Of a DNA stretch of 46,245 bases, positions 1-10,118 are shown piece by piece. Below the pieces are notes generated by a model. That model did no database searches and had not been told where the DNA came from. It worked only from the letters and a program-made list of their open reading frames with translations. The stretch's first letter is position 1, and every line of letters begins with the position of its first letter. The stretch covers positions 1 to 46,245 of the forward strand of contig KZ538819.1 of the NCBI GenBank assembly GCA_000934665.2, written 5' to 3'. This DNA comes from Catajapyx aquilonaris (lineage: Eukaryota). Made by a program: the position numbers and the translations under genes.

Positions 1-1050
1 ATAATTGCGTAATTATTTCGCGTGAATGGCTAAGTTGGTACCCCTGACGTTCTAGGGTATTGCAGCTGGAAGTTGCAGCCAGAATCACTCCGGTCATAAA
101 GCTGTTAAACTGACCCTGATTTGGGAGTTGTGCAGTCTTCCTGTCAAGTCCTTTCAGTCTTCCTTTCGGATGATAATTATGAAAAATGCGAAATTGTCAA
201 GTCATGATAATATGTGGAGAGCAGTGGACAGGCAGTGGAGAGGCACAACCAAGATAATTCTGCTTTCCCATATGCTTAATCTTACTAGAATTTCATTCGT
301 GCTTTTATCTGGCGTGGTACGTACTGCTCTGTGTTTCTGTAAGTATAGCCATCAGTCATTCAGTTCATTCATAGGCATACTAGACATCTGTACATACCGG
401 TATCATTTCAAATATATCGAGGCAATATCATTGTTTAGTGTGGACTCAGTTTACGTCATTACGTCCATTGTTACGTTTCCATCATGCAATATACGGTACA
501 GTACAGTAAGTAAATGCAGAATCTTCCTGCGCGTTTGCTTTAATGGCCGGAAAAATACTGTACACCTGTTTTGTTGCATTTTAAATTTAGGCATCGACAA
601 TTTTTAAGCAAGTGTTTATGTTTATGTTTATGTTTAAATTACAAAATGGTATTCGTCCTTGTCTTCATATCATTTTGTTTGGAAATTGGCTAATTTGTTT
701 TTTACTTATCAAATCGGTTTAGTACTCTGAAGTGAGTGTTAACTGTAGAGTGTAATGCAAGGTACTTGTCCTAAGTCATAATTATTTGGCCACCCCCAAA
801 GCAATGGAGTGGTGGGGTTATACACAAGATGTGATAAAAAGTTTCCATTAAGATTATCTGGACTTTAGAATGGATAATTATGAATAGTAACAATTGAGCT
901 AGGAGGATACCAAATTTGAAGTTAATTTGACAGTTAACAACTGAAATAAATACGATTATACCTTGGACAGTGAATTTCTGTGGGGTCTGGTAAAAATTGC
1001 TGCCACTCTGTTTATTTATTACTTGGTGGGATGTAAATGATGATAATGTA

Positions 1051-1150
1051 CTATATCGCTCAAAAAGATAGAGACGATTGGCATTTGATTCAAGTGCAAG
1101 TTGCACTTGAGTCAAATGCAAAATCGTCTCTATCTTTTTGGGCGATATAG
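1051..1150. mobile_element. 100-bp hairpin MITE inserted in the left TIR
   Basis: Near-perfect palindrome CTATATCGCTCAAAAAGATAGAGACGATT...AATCGTCTCTATCTTTTTGGGCGATATAG with TA at 1049-1050 and 1151-1152. It is absent at the equivalent position of the right TIR (~2240). Confidence 0.9.
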
Positions 1151-1334
1151 TACCTCAGGGGCCACACAAACCCAAAAACAGTATTGACATTAATTACAGA
1201 AAATCTACCACAGAATTGGAAAACATTTATCATGGTTTGCATATATGAAATTTTCTGTGCATTTTTGAATTAAGGAATATTTAAAGCCATTTTATTTTAA
1301 TTGAATTGAAATTTTTTATCGTAGCACATTGGAC

Positions 1335-1686
1335 CAGCCCATGGACACTTCTATCCCAGCGCAATAGAAAAGGCCGATCCGTTATTCCTTCCCGCAGCGG
1401 CGCTAGTAAAACAATGGAATCTCGCTGTGCGTGTCGTTCATTCGCCATAACAACTATAGCGACGATAGCGACCCTCCTCCCGATTACTAGGTTTATCAGC
1501 GACCCCCCTCCCGATTACTACCGATCACGGTCTTAGCTACCGATAGCGTATACCAAGATGGCCGCAATATGGAGATGTTCACGATCCAGGTCACATCATG
1601 GCCACCTCCAGTCAGCGCCACGGCGGGAATGAGTAACGGAACGCAAAATGGCGGCGAGTTTCCCGACCTCTCCTTCTAAGACCGTG
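1335..1686. mobile_element. Putative non-autonomous hAT-like insertion (8-bp TSD)
   Basis: CATTGGAC direct repeat at 1327-1334 and 1687-1694; subterminal inverted repeat ~1379-1404 vs ~1614-1639; CpG-rich interior. The termini themselves match poorly. Confidence 0.5.
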
Positions 1687-1734
1687 CATTGGACTGACTT
1701 GTGAGTTCTAGATAAACAATACTATCGCATTTTA

Positions 1735-2075
1735 GGGGAGGTGTAGATGGCCGAGATGGTAACGTCTCGGCTTGCTGAGTGAAAGGCCCCAGGTTCGATC
1801 CCCGCCTGGGGAACTTTCCTTTCACCTGCGTCAGGAGGGTCTCTGACCTGCACCAAGGAGGTGTCTGGCAACCTACCCTCCTGGGGAACAGCACATGACC
1901 CCTTTGCCGACATTGCACTTGCACCAATGTTCCCTCCCCAAAAATCCCTATCCCTACCCTACATCCTTGACTCCTTGCACCGGTGAATGAAGTTAATATA
2001 GGAAAATGGAGTGAAATGGTGGTATTCCACCCCCCCTTAAAAGGCTCAGCCTTATCACGGGGTAACGTAAAAAAA
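1735..2075 (+). mobile_element. tRNA-derived SINE (copy S1)
   Basis: A box GATGGCCGAGATGG, B box GGTTCGATCCC, A-rich tail; 14-bp TSD ACTATCGCATTTTA (1721-1734) / ACTATCACATTTTA (2076-2089). Confidence 0.85.
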
Positions 2076-3591
2076 ACTATCACATTTTAATTTATTTATA
2101 AATAACACCGTTAAATGTGGTACAGCCAAGTGTATCAATTTCTGGAAAAATCCACTTACGATAAATATTGTTTAATTCCGTGGTAGATTTTTTTGCAATT
2201 AATTTCAATACAGTTTTTGGGTTTGTGTGACCCCTGAGGTTCATTATCAACATTTACATCCCACTAAGTAAGTAAGAAATAAACATGATAGTGGCAGCAA
2301 TTTTTACCAGACCCCACAGAAATTCACTGTCCAAGGTATAATCGTATTTATTTCAGTTGTTAACGCTCAAATTAACTTCAAATTTTGTATTCTCCTAGCT
2401 CAATTGTTACTATTCATAATAAATTATCCATTCTAAAGTCCGGATAATATTAATGGAAACTTTTTATCACATCTTGTGTATAACCCCAACACTCCATTTC
2501 TTTGGGGGTGGTCAAATAATTATGACTTAGGGCAAGTACGTATAATGATCATTCATTCATTCATTACACTTACGGCATATTGTCAAGATGGGGTTACCTG
2601 CAGCGATGACCAGGAACAATCCACCTGGCAATCTCGTACAACCAGTTTCATGAATCTTCTGGTGACTGGTCAGGCCACGCAGAGGTGAGAGGATAATGGA
2701 TAGGATGATAATGAAAAGGATTGCATGATACGTACATACATACAGTCATACAGACACATAAACACTCGCGCAATGTACACACATATACATATACAAAAAA
2801 TATGATTAAAAATGTGCAAAAACAATGTAAACTGTCCAGCACGAAATGGTGTGTTCGACGGGCGATGTAAACAGCGTTCACCATGGACGACGACATCTCA
2901 CCCAAAGGTGCTAGTTGACGATCGTCTCCAGGCGATGGTGTTTTTTTCCCCCCAGGACGTAAATAGTCAGGAACCACCAGCACCCGTCCACCCTCAAGGA
3001 CAGCTAGCGTCTGTCATATAATGATAATGTTTAAGAATTTTTGTCGTACAGTAATTAGTGCCCGGTTTACGAACGAAGGGCTGCAGGACCACCCTTATGA
3101 GTCGTTCACAACGTCCGTTAAGTTGGCCCGAACACTTTCGCAAATTTCATGTTCGATCATGGCAATCGTTTGTGCTTCGTTTGTGCCCGGAAAGCACATC
3201 GTTTCTGCTCCTTCCGATCTCGAGATATGAATTTGTAGTTTGTACATTTTTGGGGGCATCCCCTCCTGGGGCCCAACATGGCGCCTCGGTTAACATTCAG
3301 CCAATCAGGTTCCGATCTCCAGTCGACGCAACTCGCTTCCTTCCAGGAGGCTCCCCGATTGGCTGGGGCTGAATGAGTGAGTGTGAGGGCAGTGCTTCCC
3401 TCTGGCGGGGCATCGCTGACTCGGCCAGTCTGTTGTCTACTCCCCTGTCTGCTTTTGGCGCCAAAGTTCCGTCTCGTGTAGGCCTCGCGGTGGACTCGCT
3501 TCCTTCCCTCCCACTGTGACCACCGTCGGACTCTGCCTCTGAGCCTATATTCAACGGATCTTCGTTCCGCAGAGGACTCGTCTCCCCCGTC

Positions 3592-4510
3592 ATGCCCAGC
3601 AGAATGACTTCCACCCAGACCCAGCACCAGTGCCAGTGCTACTGCCACGACCCTTCCGCCTGTGCAAAGGAGATCATTGACCTGCTCAACCTCATGCTCA
3701 CCCAGGTAGGGCAGCACAAGGAGGTGGTGGTCCAGCTTCTGAAGAGGATGGAGAAGGTGAACGAGGCCATAGAGGGGATGGTCAGGCCCATGGAGGTGGG
3801 ACCAGAACAGGAAGAGGATGGCAGGGAGCATGCACCACAACCAGATGAGGGTAAGACAAACACTCTGCTCTAATCACCCATTCATATAGCGGCATAGCCA
3901 CATCTCTTTAGTAGCAACCCACAAGGAGTACCTGTCTGTCTTGGTAACTCACTATGAAGTTGTGGAAAGTTGATATGGAGCCAATTGTGTGGCAAGTAAT
4001 AATTTTGTCAAAATGTGACTGCATTTGCTGGTGCCAGTTGTGCTATCTACCAGTTGGCGAAGCGACTGAAGCTGACTTCTTGTGTAGTGTGTCCACTGTG
4101 CACTGTGGCCAGTGTGTCGTCTTCTCGGCCTTGTGTGGAGTCGGGGTGTCGGGTGGGAGCTTTTTTCCTGGAGCACCGTGGCCTGGAGGGAAAGAGGAAG
4201 AGGACATGGAAGGTGACCAGGGTGGGCTCTCAAGTCTCCAGGGAGATTAACGGGGTGGCAATGTTGCCGGATTCAGAAACCCAAGCAATTGACTTTTTGA
4301 TGCCGGTACAGGAGGCCTACATACCTTTCGGTGCTTCCTTTTGAGGTTATTTGTGGAATGCACCTCATAAATTCTGCGCTTTGGGAGTACGAGTTGGACT
4401 CGCCATTTTTTGTTTTATCTGCCCATTGCACTGTTCCGAGAGGCGGGCCGTACACATATTACGTCATCATCGAAGGGTCGGTTTGCTACCTGATGACCAA
4501 AGATGATGAG
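3592..4510 (+). pseudogene. Disrupted spliced ORF of unknown type (coiled-coil-like first exon, Cys-containing second exon)
   Basis: GC3-rich ORF 3592-3850; donor G|GTAAGA; 61-nt intron 3851-3911 with CTAAT branch point and TTTAG acceptor, in phase. Then TGA at 3971-3973 and apparent frameshifts linking ORFs 4015-4344 and 4331-4510. No recognised homology. Confidence 0.35.
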
Positions 4511-5887
4511 AGGGGGAGGGAGGGGGGGGGGAGGGGTGGGATGGCGTCACTTTTTGACCTTAAAAATTACACCGATCTTCTCTGTAGATCGAGTAAAACT
4601 TTCGAAGAAAAATCATAGTGTGACAGCTGCCAAATATAAGGGACAATTGTCAGAAACAGAGAGGAAAGTGCCTAATCGTTTTCAAGTGGACTTTTATTTT
4701 CTGTAAATCCCTAATGGCCTAATGTAGGCTACTGTGGACGACCTACGGCTACGGCAACACTTTATTCGCCATCTCAAATGCAATTAGTGCATTTCCAGTG
4801 ATAAGTTTAATGTTTTCATATTGATACTATACAAGGATACTGTACAGTATACTGCCTACTATGCAACTGAATTTATGACCAGCTTATATTTCAAATTAAT
4901 GCTTGTCTGATAGAGCCTAATCTTTTTGACTTTTGTTTGGTTAGAGACAGCTAATATTTAAGTCAAATATGGTATTTCTTTTTTTCAGTGAGAGGACCTG
5001 GGGAGTAGGCCAGCAGTCAGAGCTGTGATGCTGAAGATCTCGACGCTCCAGCAAGTTTTGGATGAAGACGGAGACAAAGAGGCGGAAGAGGAAACTACGG
5101 GTAACACTTTGGATACAGGAGCAGGTCCAGACTGAAATGTTAACAAGGAACCATGAGATTTTTTTAAGCAAATAGTGCTGTTGAACATTCCAAGACGGTA
5201 ATTCCCCAGATAATTTACACCAGATGGCAAAATTTGGGGTATCTTTAATTTTTAAAGTGGTAATAATGATTGAGTATATCAAATTTTTAATTTCCAAAGA
5301 GTTGGCCACATCTTATTGCATATTTGGCATAGTTGGAAAAATGTAGGTGTGTTTGGTGAAATCATCTGGAGGAGTTGAAAGGAACTCAGAGACATCAATA
5401 ATGGCTTATTGAAATAGAGCTTAAGTTAGGATTGTAGTAAAATCTTTGCAGGAGGACTTCCTCTCTTTTTTTGAAAAATATTAATGTTTTGTACTTGGTT
5501 AAGTTTAAGATGAAACATTTCTCCCCAAAACATATCTTTTTAAAGATGTACAATCTTCTGTAAGTAAACTGGATTGTTTGCCATGAATATTACATCATCA
5601 TCATAATACAGCACATGTATGTCTTCCATGTATGGACCCGTTGGGACCAAGGTTAATCCAAAGTTTTTCCTTGTTCTTCAGACTGTCATTCAGATTCTAA
5701 ATCTTGTAAATGTGTAAGTTAAATAAAAGCAAGGACAAGGCGTCTTTGTTCATAATTTCTCTCCTAAATGTTAATTTTTGAATCTAGAGATATATCTGAC
5801 AAAAAACTTCAATTTCTCTTATTATATAATCATTGTCCGTAAGTTGGATTTGTACATAACTCGGATTCCTTATGGATAGTGCATATA

Positions 5888-5982
5888 CAGGGTGAAGGGA
5901 AACTTGCGGACAATCGCCAGGTAGACTGATAAATGAGAATACTTGTAAAACTAATATAGGGATGTGCAATAATAATTAGTTT
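5888..5982 (+). mobile_element. Truncated copy of the MITE at 7418-7847
   Basis: TA|CAGGGTGAAGGGAAAC...CAATCGCCAGGTAGACTGATA...AAAACTAATATAGGGATGTG matches 7418-7500. Confidence 0.8.
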
Positions 5983-6466
5983 GCTGTAGACTTGTAAAGG
6001 ACTGGTAGATTTCTTGTCCTGAGACCATATGTCCATTTAAATGGGCAGCTGGAAAAAAGTTTTTTTTTTGTTTTTTTCCGCTCAATTGGCTGTCACTTTT
6101 CTTAAGTGCCTGTACCTATACACCCATAAAGAAGTGTGCTTTGAACTAGAGTTCTGTTTTAAAATCTAGAATAGCGAGGTACCATGGTAGGAGGCAAGAA
6201 GGGAATGAGCAAGCCCCATGCCTGAAGTTTTGGCCTTGAATAATAATTGCATACAGTATTTATCTTTAATTGTCTGAGAGGAATTTCTCCAACGAAATCC
6301 ACAAATGAATGTAAAAAACATTGTTTGGAGGATAGAGCACTATGTGATCAATTGAGTGGCATTTAATTTTTCAGCATTCATCCATTCTGCTTTTGCAGCT
6401 GCAATAATTGAGTCCTAATGTTCTCATTAGTTGTTTGTCATTATTTTGGCCAATATTTTAGAACTA

Positions 6467-7100
6467 CGAGGGCCGTTCCAAAATGATGTACAATTATTTT
6501 TCTGCCACAGACACTGCGCCCATGCAGATCAGAAAATAGGCACACATTATAGATAGAATTCTCCTGGAGCAGAATTCACTGGTACTGGTCAACCTCTCCA
6601 GGCCCTCCAGGAACCACTTTTTGGTGGTTCGGTGCACTGACTCCCGGACAACTCTTCACAGTCAACAATGTCTTGGAAATGGTATCGGCGAAGGGACTTT
6701 TTAAATATATTTGAACAGATGAAAGTCACTGGAGGCGGGGGGCATGGTGGTCTAATGGCTATTCTACTGGCCAGCCAAGCGGGAGGTCCGGGGTTCAAAT
6801 CCCGTCCATGTCAGGCAGTCACTGACAGTCACCTTCGCTTGAGCGGGTCTTTTTCTGCTTTTCACCCGACAGAATTGCACTCCCTTCTCTGCCAAGAGTC
6901 AAGAGAAAAGGTCTAGTCGAGGGTCTCGTATATTTAAGAGGGTCAGAAATGACTACTTAAGAGCGCGAGCGCTCTCCCTTGGGAACCTCTCTCTCTGTCT
7001 CTTCCCCCCCCCCCCCCCCCCCCCCCCCCCCNACTAACTAACAAAGTCACTGGAGGCCAGGCCAGGGGAGTACGGTAGGTGTGGAAGCACTCGAAGCAAG
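6467..7100 (-). mobile_element. Mariner (DD34D) transposase relic interrupted by a SINE
   Basis: After excising 6737-7057 the minus strand reads RVLPHLPYSPGLASSDFHLFKYI, matching the mariner HPPYSPDLAPSDFHLF motif. After frameshifts it reads KKSLRRYHF and KKWFLEGLERL. A TA|CGAGGG-type TIR starts at 6467; the second TIR was not found. Confidence 0.75.
6737..7042 (+). mobile_element. tRNA-derived SINE (copy S2)
   Basis: A box TGGTCTAATGG, B box GGTTCAAATCCC; perfect 15-bp TSD AAAGTCACTGGAGGC at 6722-6736 and 7043-7057; body homologous to 45898-46158. Confidence 0.9.
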
Positions 7101-7123
7101 ATCCACGCCTCCTCTAGGATATA

Positions 7124-7268
7124 CTGTATTTTACAGGTAAGACGCACCCCATTTCGAAAGATCATATTCAGGGAAAAAAGTATTTAGTATATTATCGCAT
7201 ATGAGACAGGGCGATTTTCTGAGCAAGTTTTGGGGGGGGGAAAGTACGTCTTATATGCCATCAATACA
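7124..7268. mobile_element. Degenerate short MITE
   Basis: Imperfect inverted ends CTGTATT...TAAGACGCAC / GTACGTCTTATA...AATACA, with TA on the left. Confidence 0.4.
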
Positions 7269-7417
7269 TGTCATTATTTTGTGCTGTAAAGGGTTTTCTT
7301 CTCACAGAAAATTGAAATGTCACATATTCGTATACATACAGGGGAAAAGTCATCTGCTTCTAAAAATTGTGAGAAGTTCATGACTAAAAACACTGACCTA
7401 CCAGCAAAATTCCTGTA

Positions 7418-7847
7418 CAGGGTGAAGGGAAACGCACACCCAATCGCCAGGTAGACTGATATACTCGCAAAACTAATATAGGGATGTGTAATTAGTTTTG
7501 GGCGCCAGTGTGTAGTTAATGCATACGGCGCCTTCAAAGTGTAGCAGGCCAGATGGTAAAATATGAGGTATAAATGACAAGTGCACGAGTGTCGTACCCG
7601 ATTCGTACTTTGACGGGATTTGATCACCTATTGCACATGGACTATGTATTACGGACCCAAGGCTGGATTGTTTGGAGGCCCTCGAGCTGGTTTTTGCTTC
7701 TTTATAGCTGGTGGAACAGATGTGACATCACAAAACTTTGACGGCGCCATGTGCATTAACTATGCAAGGGTGCCCAAAACTAATTGCACAGTTTTACGAG
7801 TCATATAAGTCTACCTGGCGATTGGGCGTGAGTTTCCCTCCACCCTG
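7418..7847. mobile_element. Tc1/mariner-type MITE
   Basis: TIRs CAGGGTGAAGGGAAACGCACACCCAATCGCCAGGTAGACT / AGTCTACCTGGCGATTGGGCGTGAGTTTCCCTCCACCCTG; TA TSD at 7416-7417 and 7848-7849; second partial copy at 5888. Confidence 0.9.
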
Positions 7848-8580
7848 TATAATTAGAGCAAGATGCCCAGCAGAATCATGCCACACTGCCATGACCAGGA
7901 CCATGGCTGTACCTCTCCCTTGTCATCATGCACCCACCACCATCATGAGCACAAGCATCACTGCCATAGAACCCAATAGAATGTGAAATTTGAGGACAAG
8001 TTAGTTGAGTGCTGTGCCTATTACTGTGGTGTTTTATGTTTCCTTCATTGCTTACTACCCCTTATAGGGAAATACGGGAAATATAATGATTGTGTTGTTG
8101 TTGTTTGTTTTGAAATTGTCCAATTAAATCCTTTTTCAAAATTCACACACCAGCATTATGAAGATCATAGACATTAGTAACAATAAGCGAGTCTCAGGAG
8201 TAAGTGAAGACAAACTGAAACAAATGTCACAAACGTTTACTTCGACAAAATAACATTTGACCACTATAATTATCACAATTTGAGATGGCCAAGTTTCATC
8301 TGAATACAGTTCTTGACTATTCAAAAGTCAGCACCCTTAGAAATCCAGGAATTACATATCTGATTATAAACATCAGCAGCAATATTCTGAGCAGAGGATA
8401 TCATAAACAACTTTGCTACAAAAACTTGGTTGCAGGAACATGACAAAAAAAATTAGACTTGCAGCAATCCTCATAGTTAAGATAGTCATATTCCCATCAT
8501 CTCCATGTGTAAAATGCATGCATGTCATATGATGAGAAGCTAATAGTGAAATAGCCAAAATACAGAATCACCATTTTAAG

Positions 8581-9717
8581 TTACAAAGGACCTGTTCCCA
8601 CCTGCTCGTGAAAAACCTGCAAGTCTGGCCTTGACCTGACAAGTGGCAAGCTTGCCGCTGTGATGCGCCTGATACCACGGATGTCAAGCGATGAGAGGCT
8701 TGGGCAACTTGACATTATTGTCTGAAGTCCCACATCAGTCACTAAAACGCATTTGGATAAATTCAGATGAGTCAGATGCGGGCATTTTCTGGTTATGTAC
8801 GATACAATACTGTCATTTGTCCTGGTTGATGACAAATCCAGACTGGTCAACTGTTCCACAGCACTTGGAAGGTTAAGCAGACACTTGATGGCATTATTGG
8901 TTAGTCTTATCCCCCAGTGAACTCTCACGGACTTTAAGTTGCAAAGAGCTCCTAGGCCTGCAACCATACCTACAACATTAATGAACCATGCACGGTTAAT
9001 GTGAACCAGTTCCAATTTCTTGCACAAAGCAAGTGATGCATAAGCGTGGTCACTAACATTAAGTCCATCAAATGTCAACTTAACTAATGTGGACCTAAGC
9101 TTCCCGAGTATTTCAAACATGTTATAATCAGCTAACACTGGAGATAAGAGAGTTAATTCTGTCAAGTGAAGGTTCCAGTCATGAGGGCTACGATGCAAGA
9201 ATTGTAATTCATTGTGCAAGACAAGTGTCTTCAGTTTCTCAAATTCTGATAGACCATTAAACAGAGGTTCACCCGAAAAAAAAGTATTACGAAGCTCAAC
9301 ATGCGCAATTTCCTTACAGTTCTCAGCTAATTCATACCAGAGATCCCCTTCATAAATTTTCACACCATCCAAACTTAGTTTCTCTAACTGACGACAACCA
9401 CCAACAACAGCTTGCATAAGTTCCTTGTCATCACTCCGCCCTGATATTGCAACCTGCTTCAAAAGTTGCCCATTAGCCAGCACTCCCAGAACCGCAGCCG
9501 TGGGTATGGTCATGCCTCTCAGGTCCAATGATCTCCACAGAGTAGCAGTCAGTGACAGTGTCCGCCATTTGGTGGAAACACGGTAGGTAACCAGCAGGAG
9601 GTCGTTCTTATCCAGGTATGAAAAGATCTTCAATTTAACTTCTGGTGCCAGACTGTCGAAGCTGACTTGCTTAGTTGTTGAGGTGCAAGCATCTGCTTGC
9701 TTGTGTCGCTTAGACAT
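8581..9717 (-). CDS. F-box/leucine-rich repeat (FBXL-type) protein, ~378 aa from MSKRHK
   Basis: F-box motif LAPEVKLKIFSYL...VSTKWRTL...LW, followed by cysteine-containing LRRs (LTHLNLSKCVLVTDVGL, CPSLSSLDIRG). Splice acceptor just upstream at 9721; a 61-nt intron (9781-9721) can add an in-frame upstream exon. Confidence 0.9.
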   Translation of the reverse strand: MSKRHKQADACTSTTKQVSFDSLAPEVKLKIFSYLDKNDLLLVTYRVSTKWRTLSLTATLWRSLDLRGMTIPTAAVLGVLANGQLLKQVAISGRSDDKELMQAVVGGCRQLEKLSLDGVKIYEGDLWYELAENCKEIAHVELRNTFFSGEPLFNGLSEFEKLKTLVLHNELQFLHRSPHDWNLHLTELTLLSPVLADYNMFEILGKLRSTLVKLTFDGLNVSDHAYASLALCKKLELVHINRAWFINVVGMVAGLGALCNLKSVRVHWGIRLTNNAIKCLLNLPSAVEQLTSLDLSSTRTNDSIVSYITRKCPHLTHLNLSKCVLVTDVGLQTIMSSCPSLSSLDIRGIRRITAASLPLVRSRPDLQVFHEQVGTGPL

Positions 9718-10118
9718 ATCCTGTATGAAATACAACATATTAAAAATGCTGCATAGGTGCTTCGCTGTGCCAACATGTCACCTGTGAGCTGCTCTCCATC
9801 CTTTCAAGCATGGAAGTGGACGAAGCAACCTCGTGCCTGCCTCCAGTCAGACAGAGAAGTACCAAGAAGATTTGCAGGGCCTTACAGCCTGCAAGCACCA
9901 CACCCAACCTTGTGGTGCAAAGCCCGCCATGTTTAAGCAAGGTTGCCAACAGCTTCATGCCTGCCAACTTGCCAAGTAGCAAAATCTAATTTTGGTTTAA
10001 AAATCCAGATTCTGCTATAGGACCAGGTCTGCATATGCACGATGGATGTTTATGCAGTGACATAATATTTTAATCTCTAAGACTTTTTATTTGTTCAGTT
10101 GTGAAACTTATAATTTAA

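Larger units (their letters stand above)
765..2536. mobile_element. Non-autonomous DNA transposon with ~370-bp terminal inverted repeats (TA target, Tc1/mariner-like)
   Basis: 765-~1232 is the reverse complement of ~2160-2536. The ends read CTTGTCCTAAGTCATAATTATTTGGCCACCCCC and GGGGGTGGTCAAATAATTATGACTTAGGGCAAG, flanked by TA at 763-764 and 2537-2538. No transposase ORF inside. Confidence 0.85.

Noticed and set aside
128..607. 159-aa ORF at window start
   Set aside because: TTG start, no recognisable motif, composition typical of a chance ORF.
1735..1812. tRNA genes here and at 6737, 14723, 44685
   Set aside because: Acceptor stems do not pair well, and each head is followed by a SINE body and flanked by TSDs.
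3157..3840. 227-aa minus-strand ORF
   Set aside because: Antisense shadow of the GC3-rich plus-strand ORF and GC-rich island; no domain features.
4550..4620. Possible CACTA (…ATAGTG) or Kolobok (…CC TTAA) terminus closing the 2.8-4.5 kb island
   Set aside because: No matching inverted terminus found upstream.
4989..5135. Exon-like acidic segment (…LQQVLDEDGDKEAEEETT) after a strong TTTTTCAG acceptor
   Set aside because: All three phases from that acceptor hit stops. It could be a non-coding or decayed exon but is not supportable as CDS.
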